Positions 44,129 through 53,262 of a stretch of DNA of 64,000 bases are shown one piece after another; the stretch's first letter is position 1, and every line of letters starts with the position of its first letter. The position numbers and the translations under genes are program-made. Location of the stretch: NCBI GenBank assembly GCA_965208125.1, contig OZ242320.1:2048001-2112000 (forward strand), in the 5' to 3' direction. The notes under the pieces were generated by a model that had not been told where the DNA came from, searched no databases, and saw nothing but the letters and a program-made list of their open reading frames with translations. Source of the stretch: Candidatus Latescibacterota bacterium. Its GTDB lineage: Bacteria; Latescibacterota; UBA2968.

Positions 44129-46484
44129 ATCGCAATGCCTCCACGGGATTCATTTTTGCCGCTTTCACGGCTTGCAGGCTCACTGTTCCGATTACGACCA
44201 GGAGTGTCAGTACACCGCCCAGCGCGAATGCCCCGATGCCCAGTTCAATTCGATACGCGAAGTCCGATAGCCATTTGCTCATTGTCCAATAGGCGACTGG
44301 CCAGGCAAGTACGTTTGCTATGCCTACCAGCAGTACGAATTCGCGCGATAGTAAACGCACTACGTTTGTGACGCTGGCACCCAATATTTTGCGAATGCCG
44401 ATTTCTTTGGTGCGCCGGGTCACGGCGAGTGCTGTCAATCCAAATGCGCCCAGGCACGCGATAAAAATGGCAAACAGGGTTCCGTATCCGATCATGCGAT
44501 GCCAGCGCTCTTCGGTTCGGTATTGGCGGTCGATGCCTTCATCGAGAAATGAATAGCGGAATTCCGGGGATTGTGTTACGGCTTCCCATTGCGCTTTCAT
44601 GAATGTCAGTGTGCCGGGGATGTCTTCGGCACGCACCCGGACCAGCAGGTGGCTAAATTTATTTTTCGGGTTGCATTTCAGGAGTGCGGGACCAATTTTG
44701 TGGTGGAGAGAGCGAAAATGGAAATCGTTTACTACGCCGATTACTGTCATATCATCGAAGAATTTCAGTGTTTTTCCGAGGGATGGTCCCGGTCCCAGTT
44801 GTTTGGCCAGGGTTTGGTTGATGATTACAGACGCGGTGGGGTCTGTCACGAGTTCTCGTGCATAATTTCGGCCTTCGATCAATTTGATGTCGAGGGTTGG
44901 TACAAAGTCGTAATCGACAAAGAAGATCTCCACGCCTTTTAAGGTTGTTCCTTCATGTACCACAGCCCCGCGCGACTGGTATCCATTGCGCATCATGTGA
45001 TATATGGGGGTCACACCGAGAATTGCGTGATGGGATAACAGGGCGTCCCGATAGGTTTCAATGCCTTTTGGGCTCAGGTCTCGCAGCTTGCTGAGGCGGC
45101 TTACGGCAATCAGGTGTTCGCTGTCAAATCCCAGGGGTTTGGTTCGCAAATAGTCGAGTTGAGAGGTCATAATGAGGGCACTGATGACCAGGACCGCAGA
45201 CATCGCGATCTGGAAGACCACGAGAAACTGGCTGAAAAGTCCCGCGCTGACAATTTTCAATCTGCCTTTGAGTACGTGGATTGGCATAAAGCCGGATAGG
45301 ACAAAGGCTGGATAGGTACCTGCGAGCAGGCCGACAATTAGAGTTAGACCCATTAGCGAGGCAAATGCCAGGCTATCCAGATGTGCAATCAGGGATAGTT
45401 TTTGCGCCATGAGGTTGTTGAACAATGGCATTAAAAGTTCTGATAGTGCGAGTCCGATTACAAATGCTATGAGGCTTAAGAGTACGGATTCTGTGAGGAA
45501 TTGCACGATGACCTGGGGCTTGTGTGCGCCAACGACTTTGCGGATGCCGATTTCCCGCGCTCGAGAGGCTGACCGTCCCTGTGCGAGGGTCATAAAGTTC
45601 ACGCAGGCGACAAAGAGGACCAGGGCTGTGATGCACAACAGGATGTAGCTGTATGCCGGGTCAGTGGCGGGTTCAGGCGCGCGGATATTTGGATTGAAAT
45701 GCACATCGGCAAGGGGCTGCAATTTCAGTTCCTGGTTTTCCCCCGTGATGGGCCACGACCAGTTTATAAAACGCGGAAGTAATTTTTCTATGTCTTCGGA
45801 GCGAGCCTGATTGTGGAGCAAGACGTAAGTACTGGTGTTGCCTGTGTAATTCCACGAGTTGAGCGCGTCTTCGACATTCTCATAGGACTGGATGCAGCCG
45901 AACTGAATGCTGGATGTTTCGGGGGTGTCTTTCGCTATGCCGGTAATCAGAGCTTGATGGATTTTTGAGTTTCGGGTGAAAGAGAACGATTTCCCCATTG
46001 GGTCGGTGTTGCCGAAAAATTTTTGGGCGACGGTTTCCGATATGATCATGGCATCTTTGCTATTCAGTGCTGTTGCGGGGTCGCCTTTTATCAGGGGAAA
46101 TGAAAAGACGTCCCAGAAACCTGGATCGACGTAAATAACGCGCTCTTGAGATGAATGGTCGCCATATTGGAATGTGCGAGAAGTGGCATAGATTCTGACG
46201 ACGTGTTGCATTTTTGTGGGGAATGCTTCTGTCAATGCCGGACCGAGGGGTCCCGGCATAGCAGCCGAGGCATCGCTGCCTTCTCCCACTTCTCCTCTAT
46301 TGTAAACGCGATAAATCCGATCTGCTTTTTCGTGGAATGCGTCAAAGGACCATTCGTGTCGCACATACAGGAATGTCAAGATGCAAAACGCAATGCCGAT
46401 TGCCAGGCCGGTGATGTTGATCGCGGAATACACTTTGTAACGCACGAGGTTGCGATACGCTACGATCAGATAGTTGCGGAGCAT
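44121..46484 (-). CDS. MacB/FtsX-family ABC permease (P12)
   Basis: 787 aa; family motifs. Confidence 0.95.
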   Translation of the reverse strand: MLRNYLIVAYRNLVRYKVYSAINITGLAIGIAFCILTFLYVRHEWSFDAFHEKADRIYRVYNRGEVGEGSDASAAMPGPLGPALTEAFPTKMQHVVRIYATSRTFQYGDHSSQERVIYVDPGFWDVFSFPLIKGDPATALNSKDAMIISETVAQKFFGNTDPMGKSFSFTRNSKIHQALITGIAKDTPETSSIQFGCIQSYENVEDALNSWNYTGNTSTYVLLHNQARSEDIEKLLPRFINWSWPITGENQELKLQPLADVHFNPNIRAPEPATDPAYSYILLCITALVLFVACVNFMTLAQGRSASRAREIGIRKVVGAHKPQVIVQFLTESVLLSLIAFVIGLALSELLMPLFNNLMAQKLSLIAHLDSLAFASLMGLTLIVGLLAGTYPAFVLSGFMPIHVLKGRLKIVSAGLFSQFLVVFQIAMSAVLVISALIMTSQLDYLRTKPLGFDSEHLIAVSRLSKLRDLSPKGIETYRDALLSHHAILGVTPIYHMMRNGYQSRGAVVHEGTTLKGVEIFFVDYDFVPTLDIKLIEGRNYARELVTDPTASVIINQTLAKQLGPGPSLGKTLKFFDDMTVIGVVNDFHFRSLHHKIGPALLKCNPKNKFSHLLVRVRAEDIPGTLTFMKAQWEAVTQSPEFRYSFLDEGIDRQYRTEERWHRMIGYGTLFAIFIACLGAFGLTALAVTRRTKEIGIRKILGASVTNVVRLLSREFVLLVGIANVLAWPVAYWTMSKWLSDFAYRIELGIGAFALGGVLTLLVVIGTVSLQAVKAAKMNPVEALRYE

Positions 46485-46531
46485 TTTATTCTCCTTAGAT
46501 GTCGTCGCGTGTTCTTTGTGCCCATTTTATA

Positions 46532-46548
46532 TGCAATAATCGTGCCAA
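46532..46548 (-). promoter_or_regulatory. sigma54 -24/-12 promoter (copy 5)
   Basis: Minus strand TTGGCACGATTATTGCA. Confidence 0.9.
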
Positions 46549-46609
46549 AAGATACAAGTTTTGAAATAACAGTAATTTATGAAAATTGCTTGAAATTAGC
46601 AGTTTAGAA

Positions 46610-46650
46610 AGTGTCCGATTTTGATACAGTAGTGTCCGAAAATGAACACT
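46610..46650. promoter_or_regulatory. Putative sigma54 activator enhancer (copy 5)
   Basis: Identical to copy 1 although the spacer sequence has diverged. Confidence 0.82.
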
Positions 46651-46696
46651 TGTAAGGGATGGGAGGAGGGATGGGAGAGGGAATTTGCCGCGTAAA

Positions 46697-47860
46697 TTAT
46701 GAACTTCTACCCGGTATCCGAAATACCAGCACAACGCCGAGCAACATCAAGATCGCGCTGATTTCAAAAGCCCGGCGCAGGCTATAAGCGTCTGCCATGA
46801 TGCCGAGGAGCAACATTGCGACACCTCGAAGCGCGAATCCTGCGCCCATGTAAAGGCCATTGGCAAATGCTCGGTTTTCTGGGCAGCTTTCCTGTACCAT
46901 TGCCATGACCACGGGACCGGTGGAGAGGGCGACAAAGCCCAGGATGATTAAGATGGGAAATAAGGCCCAGCCCTGGGTTCCGAGAAAGACAAATAGGAGG
47001 AGGGGAGTTGCGATCATGGAGAATCCGAGTATTTGTTTGCGTCCCCATCGGTCGCTTACCCATCCGCCGATTAGCGCGCCGCCAATGCCCGCGCCTTCCA
47101 GTACGGAAAGAGATGCGCCCGATAGCCACAAGCTGGCGCCTTCTTCGGTCAAAAAGGTGGGCAGGAATGCGGTCAGGGAGGCCATCATGAATGCGCGGAC
47201 AAAGACAATGCCCGATAGGGGTACCATGACCGGTGCCATACGTTTTAAGGCGGCTTGCCAGGTCAGTGCCTTATAGGCTGAGATGACGCGGCTGGCAACG
47301 CTTCTCATTCGCAATAAGAGTATCAGCGAGGCCAAAACTCCGGCGGGTATCAGATAGGTTGTTCCGGCGATTCCCCACAGGCCGATGACGCTTACGATTA
47401 ATATAGGTCCCAGGGTGCGACCGAGTTCACCGCATAACATCCAGATGCCCATTCCGCGACCGAGGTTGGAGCCTGAGAGCGTTCCGGCCATTGCGGGTCC
47501 AACGGCGTGAAACGCCGCGGAGCTAAATCCCGTGATTAATAGTAGCACGACGAGGGCGAGATAACCGTGCGCTATGCCGAGCAGGCTCATGGCGATGCCC
47601 GTTATTGCGGGTCCCAGGATTACGAGAGATCGCAAGTTCAGGCGGTCTGCCTGATGTCCGATGATGGGTTGAAATACCGAGGGGGCCTGTCTGAAGACCA
47701 TTAACAGACTGGCTTCGGTTTTGGATAGGGATAGGGTTTGAATGAAAATGGGGAGTAAGGGGGGTAAGAATCCGCTATATGTGTCGTGTACTGCATGCCC
47801 ACCGGAGAGGGTGATTACGTCGCGGGTCTGAAAACGGCTGTTATTACTATTTGAGGACAA
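46697..47860 (-). CDS. MFS transporter (Fsr-like)
   Basis: About 12 hydrophobic segments, HAVHD..FLPPLLP, QPIIG..ADR, GWVSDRWGRK. Confidence 0.88.
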   Translation of the reverse strand: MSSNSNNSRFQTRDVITLSGGHAVHDTYSGFLPPLLPIFIQTLSLSKTEASLLMVFRQAPSVFQPIIGHQADRLNLRSLVILGPAITGIAMSLLGIAHGYLALVVLLLITGFSSAAFHAVGPAMAGTLSGSNLGRGMGIWMLCGELGRTLGPILIVSVIGLWGIAGTTYLIPAGVLASLILLLRMRSVASRVISAYKALTWQAALKRMAPVMVPLSGIVFVRAFMMASLTAFLPTFLTEEGASLWLSGASLSVLEGAGIGGALIGGWVSDRWGRKQILGFSMIATPLLLFVFLGTQGWALFPILIILGFVALSTGPVVMAMVQESCPENRAFANGLYMGAGFALRGVAMLLLGIMADAYSLRRAFEISAILMLLGVVLVFRIPGRSS

Positions 47861-47869
47861 GGATAGGGC

Positions 47870-48406
47870 TTACAGTTTGATGACGGCGATGAGAATGCCC
47901 GTTATTGCGACCATGGTCGTGATGAGATAGGTGAAACGGGAATCAATGCGCTTATTTGTCTCGATTATCTGCAGGCGCAACTCTTTACTGTCTTCACGCA
48001 TCTGCAGGCGCAGTGACTGGTTGACCTCTTCAATGCGCTGTCCGAGTGACTGGTTGACCTCTTCAATGCGCTGTCCGAGTGACTGGTTGACCTCTTCAAT
48101 GCGTTGTCCGAGTGACTGGTTGACCTCTTCAATACGCTGTCCCAGAGACAGGTTGCCGTTATCAATACGCTGTCCGAGTGACTGACTGAACTGGTCAATG
48201 CGGTTATTCGTCTCGTCAATGCGCTGTCCCAGGGATTGGTTAACCTCATCAATGCGCTTATTTGTCTCAGCAATCTGCTCACGCAATTCTTTGCTGTCTT
48301 CGCGCATCTGCAGGCGTATGTCTTGCAGGTCTTCGCGTAGATACGCAATGCCCCAATGGGTATTATCGTCAGATGTGGTCGCTTGAGATTCGGATGTTTC
48401 GGCCAT
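47870..48406 (-). CDS. Coiled-coil repeat protein with C-terminal TM anchor
   Basis: 11-aa repeats QRIEEVNQSLG; hydrophobic C-terminus. Confidence 0.8.
   Translation of the reverse strand: MAETSESQATTSDDNTHWGIAYLREDLQDIRLQMREDSKELREQIAETNKRIDEVNQSLGQRIDETNNRIDQFSQSLGQRIDNGNLSLGQRIEEVNQSLGQRIEEVNQSLGQRIEEVNQSLGQRIEEVNQSLRLQMREDSKELRLQIIETNKRIDSRFTYLITTMVAITGILIAVIKL
48012..48143. repeat. 33-nt coding tandem repeat (4 near-perfect copies plus degenerate ones)
   Basis: Unit AGTGACTGGTTGACCTCTTCAATGCGCTGTCCG at 48012, 48045, 48078, 48111. Confidence 0.9.
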
Positions 48407-48574
48407 GATAGATCTCCTGTTTCTCTTTGGAGAGAGGGAGCGGAGTCATATAAACAAGATATGCTATCACAGCAAAAAGTCAATGGCCTATCGACTACTG
48501 CACCATAGGATAAGTTCAGCACTGCTTCTTAGGGTTGCGGGAATGTATTTGGGGTCATAATTTAATTAGAAGCT

Positions 48575-48641
48575 GGGACGGCACAGGGGCCGTCCCCTAC
48601 GATGACGGTTTGTTTGTAGGGGCGACTCCCTGTGGTCGCCC
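48575..48641. repeat. Inverted doublet of GTAG-type REP elements
   Basis: 48575..48600 (-) GTAGGGGACGGCCCCTGTGCCGTCCC and 48616..48641 (+) GTAGGGGCGACTCCCTGTGGTCGCCC. Confidence 0.75.
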
Positions 48642-48673
48642 GTGGGCTGCCCATAATTACAAAGGATTATTAC

Positions 48674-49843
48674 ATGTCTGATTATCCCCCCATTCGCGCG
48701 ATTACTCGGGGACCTGAGTTCCACTGGTTTGGTTATTACGACAAGTGGCAAATAGATCCTTCAGGCCGATACGCGCTCGGCATGGCGGTCGATTTTGAAC
48801 ACCGGTCGCCTGAGGCGGATGATACGGTGGCGCTGGGTGTTATTGATATGAAGGATGGGGATACGTGGTCTGAATTCGGGCGCACGCGGGCCTGGTGCTG
48901 GCAACAGGGGTGTATGTTGCAGTGGATTCCCAATTCGGATACGGATGTTATTTTTAATGACCGCGAGGGAGATGCGTTTGTCTCGCGGATTTACAATGTG
49001 AAAACGGGGGCTGTTCGCACGCTTCCGCACGCGATTTATACGGTTTCACCCGATGGCAAGACCGCTATTGGCGCGGATTTTCGCCGGATTAATCATATGC
49101 GGCCCGGGTATGGGTATGCGGGGATTCCCGATCCCAATCGCGATGTGTGTGCGCCGGATGATGTGGGTGTTTATACTGTGGATCTGGAGACGGGTGAATC
49201 AAGGCTTGTTGTTGCGATTGCCGAGGTTGCTGCGATTCCGTATCCGCATGGCGATATTTCCGGGGCGCGGCATTATTTTAATCATTTGCTGTTTAATACG
49301 GATGGGTCGCGGTTCATTTTTTTGCATCGCTGGCGATTTGGCGAGGGCGGGTTTGATACGCGGATGATGACGGCAAGTGCCAATGGGTCAAATTTGCATG
49401 TGGTTGATGATTACGGCAAGATGTCGCATTTTATCTGGCGCGATGCAGAGACGATTCTCGGGTGGGCGTATCACCCGTCGCACGGGAATAAGTTTTATCA
49501 CTATCGGGATCTGACCGATGCGGAGCCAGAGGTGATTGGCGATGGGGTTATGACGGTTAATGGGCACTGTACGTATTTGCCGGGCAATGAGTGGATTCTC
49601 AACGATACGTATCCGTCACAGGGTGATCGCAATCAGATTCCGTATCTTTATAATGTTGCGACCGGCAGGCGCGTTGATCTGGGTGTTTTTCCGTCGCCGG
49701 AGCCTTATACGGGCGAATGGCGCTGTGATTTGCATCCGCGCTTTAGTCCCGATGGGCAGTTTGTGGTGATTGATTCGCCACATCTGGGCAATGGACGGCA
49801 GATGTATCGGATTGAGGTTGGTGATATAATAAAGGAGATATGA
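48674..49843 (+). CDS. Beta-propeller protein (oligogalacturonate lyase/TolB-like)
   Basis: FGYYD, WCWQQG, SPDG repeats, RCDLHPRFSPDG. Confidence 0.7.
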   Translation: MSDYPPIRAITRGPEFHWFGYYDKWQIDPSGRYALGMAVDFEHRSPEADDTVALGVIDMKDGDTWSEFGRTRAWCWQQGCMLQWIPNSDTDVIFNDREGDAFVSRIYNVKTGAVRTLPHAIYTVSPDGKTAIGADFRRINHMRPGYGYAGIPDPNRDVCAPDDVGVYTVDLETGESRLVVAIAEVAAIPYPHGDISGARHYFNHLLFNTDGSRFIFLHRWRFGEGGFDTRMMTASANGSNLHVVDDYGKMSHFIWRDAETILGWAYHPSHGNKFYHYRDLTDAEPEVIGDGVMTVNGHCTYLPGNEWILNDTYPSQGDRNQIPYLYNVATGRRVDLGVFPSPEPYTGEWRCDLHPRFSPDGQFVVIDSPHLGNGRQMYRIEVGDIIKEI

Positions 49844-49844
49844 G

Positions 49845-50588
49845 ATGGCTATAGCTGAAGCACCTGCGGTACTGACGGAAGAGGAGATGCTGCATTTTCG
49901 CACGCGAGGCTTTCTCGGTCCGTATCCGCTGTGTTCTGAGGCGGAGATGGCGGAGCTTCGCCCGGCGATTGAAGAGGTGCTGGAGACAGATCCGCCGAAT
50001 GGTAAGAATCGCATTCACAACCGGCATCTGGATAGTCGCGCGGTGTACGATTTGTCAACGCATCCCGAGATTCTCAATCGTATGGTGGCTCTGTACGGGG
50101 CGGATTTGTTGTTGTGGCGCACGAATTTTTTTATCAAATACAAGGGTACGAAGACGATTCCCTGGCATCAGGATTTCAATTATTGGCCGCTCGAGCCGCC
50201 GATTATTGTTTCGGCGTGGATTGCGGTGGATGCTTCGACTAAGGAGAATGGGAATTTGCAGCTTATTCCCGGGTCACATCGCAAAATTATTCCCCATGTC
50301 AAAGCTACGCCCGATGTGCAATTTCAGGAGATGGCCGATGCGGGGTATTACGATCCGGATGAACTGGTCGATCTGGAGATGCAGCCGGGCGAGTTTATCC
50401 TTTTTAATGAGCGCACGTTGCATCATTCGAAAGCCAATTTCTCGGATTTGCGGCGCATTGGTCTGGCGGTGCGCGCGATTCCTCCGATTGTCCATGTTCT
50501 CAGATACGATTCCGAAGATCATGCGCTTCCGGTTATTCATGGCGAGGATACGATGGGGTTTAATCGCGTTACACAGCCGCCGTTATAA
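49845..50588 (+). CDS. PhyH-family Fe(II)/2-oxoglutarate dioxygenase
   Basis: PWHQD, ENGNL..IPGSH, LHHS..N..R. Confidence 0.9.
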   Translation: MAIAEAPAVLTEEEMLHFRTRGFLGPYPLCSEAEMAELRPAIEEVLETDPPNGKNRIHNRHLDSRAVYDLSTHPEILNRMVALYGADLLLWRTNFFIKYKGTKTIPWHQDFNYWPLEPPIIVSAWIAVDASTKENGNLQLIPGSHRKIIPHVKATPDVQFQEMADAGYYDPDELVDLEMQPGEFILFNERTLHHSKANFSDLRRIGLAVRAIPPIVHVLRYDSEDHALPVIHGEDTMGFNRVTQPPL

Positions 50589-50603
50589 TGAGGAACTTAT
50601 TGT

Positions 50604-51791
50604 ATGAAGATTACCAATATTGAGACGTTTATTGTGGATGCGGGTTGGCGCCCGTGGATATTTGTTCGGGTGGATACAGATGAGGGTATTAGTGGCTGGG
50701 GGGAGTGTAGCGATGGGCGCAGTCCCTATGGGGTTACGGGTACGGTGCGCGATTTGACGCCTTTGCTCGTCGGTAAGGATCCGCGCGCTTATGAGATGCG
50801 TTTTTGGGATATGTTGCGGGGGACGCGGCAGAGTCCAGGGGGTATTGCGGCGAAGGCTATTGCGGGTGTTGAACTCGCGCTTATTGATATTAAGGCGCGT
50901 GCGCTCGGTATTTCTGTTGTGGAGCTTTTTGGAGGTCCAACGCGCGAGCAGGTTCGGGTTTACTGGTCGCATTGCGGTACTTCGCGTGCACGTCATTACG
51001 ATTTGCTCAATACGCCACCGCTTCGCACGATGGATGATATTGCCGCGCTGGGGCGGGAGGTTGTGGAGAGGGGATATACGGCGTTGAAGACGAATATTGT
51101 GGTACCGGGGGATCCTGCCAGTGTGTATTTTGGGGGTTTTGGCGGCGAACCGGGGACGACGGATGGCGTGGTTTCGCGGCAGATTCTCCGGCATATTGAG
51201 ACGCTTATTGGTACGTTTCGAGATGCTGTGGGTCCGGATGTCGATATTAATCTGGATTTGAATTTTAATTTTAAGCCCGAGTCGTGTATGCGTATTGCTC
51301 AGGTGCTGGAACAATTTGATTTGCTGTGGCTGGAGATCGATATGTATGAGCCAGATGCGATTCGGCAGATTAAGGATGCGACGCGTACTAAAATTTGTAC
51401 GGGTGAGAATTTGTTTTATATGCGCGAGTTTATTCCTTATTTCCAGGCGCGGTCTGCGGATGTGTTTATGATCGATGTGCCGTGGAATGGGTTTGCGCAG
51501 TCGAAGAAGGTGGGGGATTTGGCCGAGGCGTATCAACTCAATGTTGCGCCGCACAATTATTATAGCCATCTTGCGACGTGTATCAGTGCGAGTCTGTGCG
51601 CGGTTTTGCCGAATGTGCGTATTATGGAGATCGATGTTGACGATGTGCCCTGGCGCGAGGATATGGTGACCAGTGTGCCACATATTGAGGATGGATATTT
51701 GACGATTCCCTCAGGTCCGGGCTGGGGTATTGAGATGGTTGAAGAGGTGCTCAAAGCACATCCCTGGGATAAGGGGAATGCGAATTGGTAG
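50604..51791 (+). CDS. Mandelate racemase/muconate lactonizing enzyme family (sugar-acid dehydratase-like)
   Basis: TDEGISGWGE, ALIDIKARALG, WLE, TGENL, APHN, PGWGIE. Confidence 0.9.
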   Translation: MKITNIETFIVDAGWRPWIFVRVDTDEGISGWGECSDGRSPYGVTGTVRDLTPLLVGKDPRAYEMRFWDMLRGTRQSPGGIAAKAIAGVELALIDIKARALGISVVELFGGPTREQVRVYWSHCGTSRARHYDLLNTPPLRTMDDIAALGREVVERGYTALKTNIVVPGDPASVYFGGFGGEPGTTDGVVSRQILRHIETLIGTFRDAVGPDVDINLDLNFNFKPESCMRIAQVLEQFDLLWLEIDMYEPDAIRQIKDATRTKICTGENLFYMREFIPYFQARSADVFMIDVPWNGFAQSKKVGDLAEAYQLNVAPHNYYSHLATCISASLCAVLPNVRIMEIDVDDVPWREDMVTSVPHIEDGYLTIPSGPGWGIEMVEEVLKAHPWDKGNANW

Positions 51792-51793
51792 GA

Positions 51794-51828
51794 GAAGTAG
51801 GAAGTGTGAAGTGAGAAGTGTGAAGTAG
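51794..51828. repeat. Intergenic heptamer tandem repeat (GAAGTNN x5)
   Basis: gaagtag gaagtgt gaagtga gaagtgt gaagtag. Confidence 0.75.
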
Positions 51829-51908
51829 GAAGGGAGACCGTCATCGCGGCAGGCTTAAAGCCGCGATCCAGAAGGTTTTTGGCTGATCGCTTTTTTTGTG
51901 AGGACAAT

Positions 51909-52649
51909 ATGGAGAATAATCAACAACACTTTTTTGAACTCGATATCTATGGCTTTACGGTTGTTGAAGATGTTTTGACGACTGAGGAAGCAGGCGAGAT
52001 GCGCGAGGCGCTTATGCGCTGTGAGAAGGAAGTTGGCACGGAGGCCAGAAATCGGGGTACTGCTCGGCATGTCGCCAATTTGCCGGTTCTGGATCGCGTT
52101 TTTCACAAGACGATTGACCATCCGCGGATTCTGCCGTTGCTCGAGCACTATCTCGAGAAGTCGCTTATTCTGGGTAGTCTCAATGCCCGCATTGTGCGTC
52201 CGGGCGATCCAGACCAGGGTTTGCACAGCGATATTCCGCTGGAGATGCTGAATTTTAGTTCGCCAGTTATGATGAATACGATTTGGATGCTGGATGATTT
52301 TTCGCCGATAAATGGCGGTACGCGGGTGGTGCCGGGTTCGCATAAGAGCGGGTTGGTCATCCCGCCAGAGGATGTGTCTGTCAAGCATATTGCACAACCC
52401 GAGGGATCTGCGGGTAGTGTTATTGTTATTAACGGTCAAATATGGCATGGCGGCGGCGCGAATACAGGGACGACGAATCGCCATGCGTTGTTCGGTCATT
52501 ATCGCAAACGGATGTGTATGTTTCAGGTGGATCCCCACGATGGGTTTCCGCCCGAGTGGTTTGACTGGCTCACGGAGAGACAAAAGCAATTGATGCGGAT
52601 GAGCAAGGGGCTTAAATCAGCCCACGCAGCGGATGCGCATTTCAGGTAA
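51909..52649 (+). CDS. PhyH-family dioxygenase
   Basis: [23 protein letters not shown]. Confidence 0.9.
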   Translation: MENNQQHFFELDIYGFTVVEDVLTTEEAGEMREALMRCEKEVGTEARNRGTARHVANLPVLDRVFHKTIDHPRILPLLEHYLEKSLILGSLNARIVRPGDPDQGLHSDIPLEMLNFSSPVMMNTIWMLDDFSPINGGTRVVPGSHKSGLVIPPEDVSVKHIAQPEGSAGSVIVINGQIWHGGGANTGTTNRHALFGHYRKRMCMFQVDPHDGFPPEWFDWLTERQKQLMRMSKGLKSAHAADAHFR

Positions 52650-52668
52650 TTGGAAACAGGAGTTCAAT

Positions 52669-53100
52669 ATGCTCGTTGGTATATCCCCACTGTTCAGTCC
52701 CGAGTTGCTGGCTGCGATTTATCGCATGGGACACGGAGATGAGATTGTTCTGGCAGATGCACATTTTCCCGGGCATTCGGTGAATGCCAATACGTTGCGG
52801 GCAGATGGTCTGGGGGTTGCAGAGTTGCTCGAGGCAATTTTGCCGCTGTTTGTGCTGGATACGTATGTGGATAGTCCGGTTTTTATGATGGATGCGGTGC
52901 CGGGCGATACGCTCGATCCCGCGGTGGAGGCGTCTTATCGGGCTGTTATTGACAGGGTATGGCCCGATACGCCCCCTATCGCGCGCGTTGAACGCTTTGC
53001 TTTTTACGAACAGGCGAGAGATGCTTTTGCTGTTGTTATGACCGGGGAGACGGCAAAATACGGCAATGTTATTTTGAAGAAGGGTGTGACAGAAGTATGA
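52669..53100 (+). CDS. fucU: L-fucose mutarotase (RbsD/FucU family)
   Basis: [48 protein letters not shown]. Confidence 0.88.
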   Translation: MLVGISPLFSPELLAAIYRMGHGDEIVLADAHFPGHSVNANTLRADGLGVAELLEAILPLFVLDTYVDSPVFMMDAVPGDTLDPAVEASYRAVIDRVWPDTPPIARVERFAFYEQARDAFAVVMTGETAKYGNVILKKGVTEV

Positions 53101-53262
53101 AGTGTCGTGAACCAGTGTGGATCATTTAAAACTAACTTATGAGGCAGCACTCAATGAGAGCTATTTGTGGCACGCGTTTGGCGATCTGCATTTGATTTTG
53201 CCCTGAACAGGAGGTATATTGACAAAAGAAGCGCGCAAAATTTCTCAAAGGCGTACAAAATT

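Noticed and set aside
7558-46650. 41-nt repeats as a CRISPR array or transposon ends
   Set aside because: Copies are 8-14 kb apart, at a fixed distance from sigma54 boxes, with no spacers, cas genes or transposase
48012-48143. 33-nt repeats as CRISPR
   Set aside because: Contiguous in-frame coding repeats without spacers
50583-51683. 366-aa minus-strand ORF
   Set aside because: Antisense shadow of the enolase-family gene; no motifs
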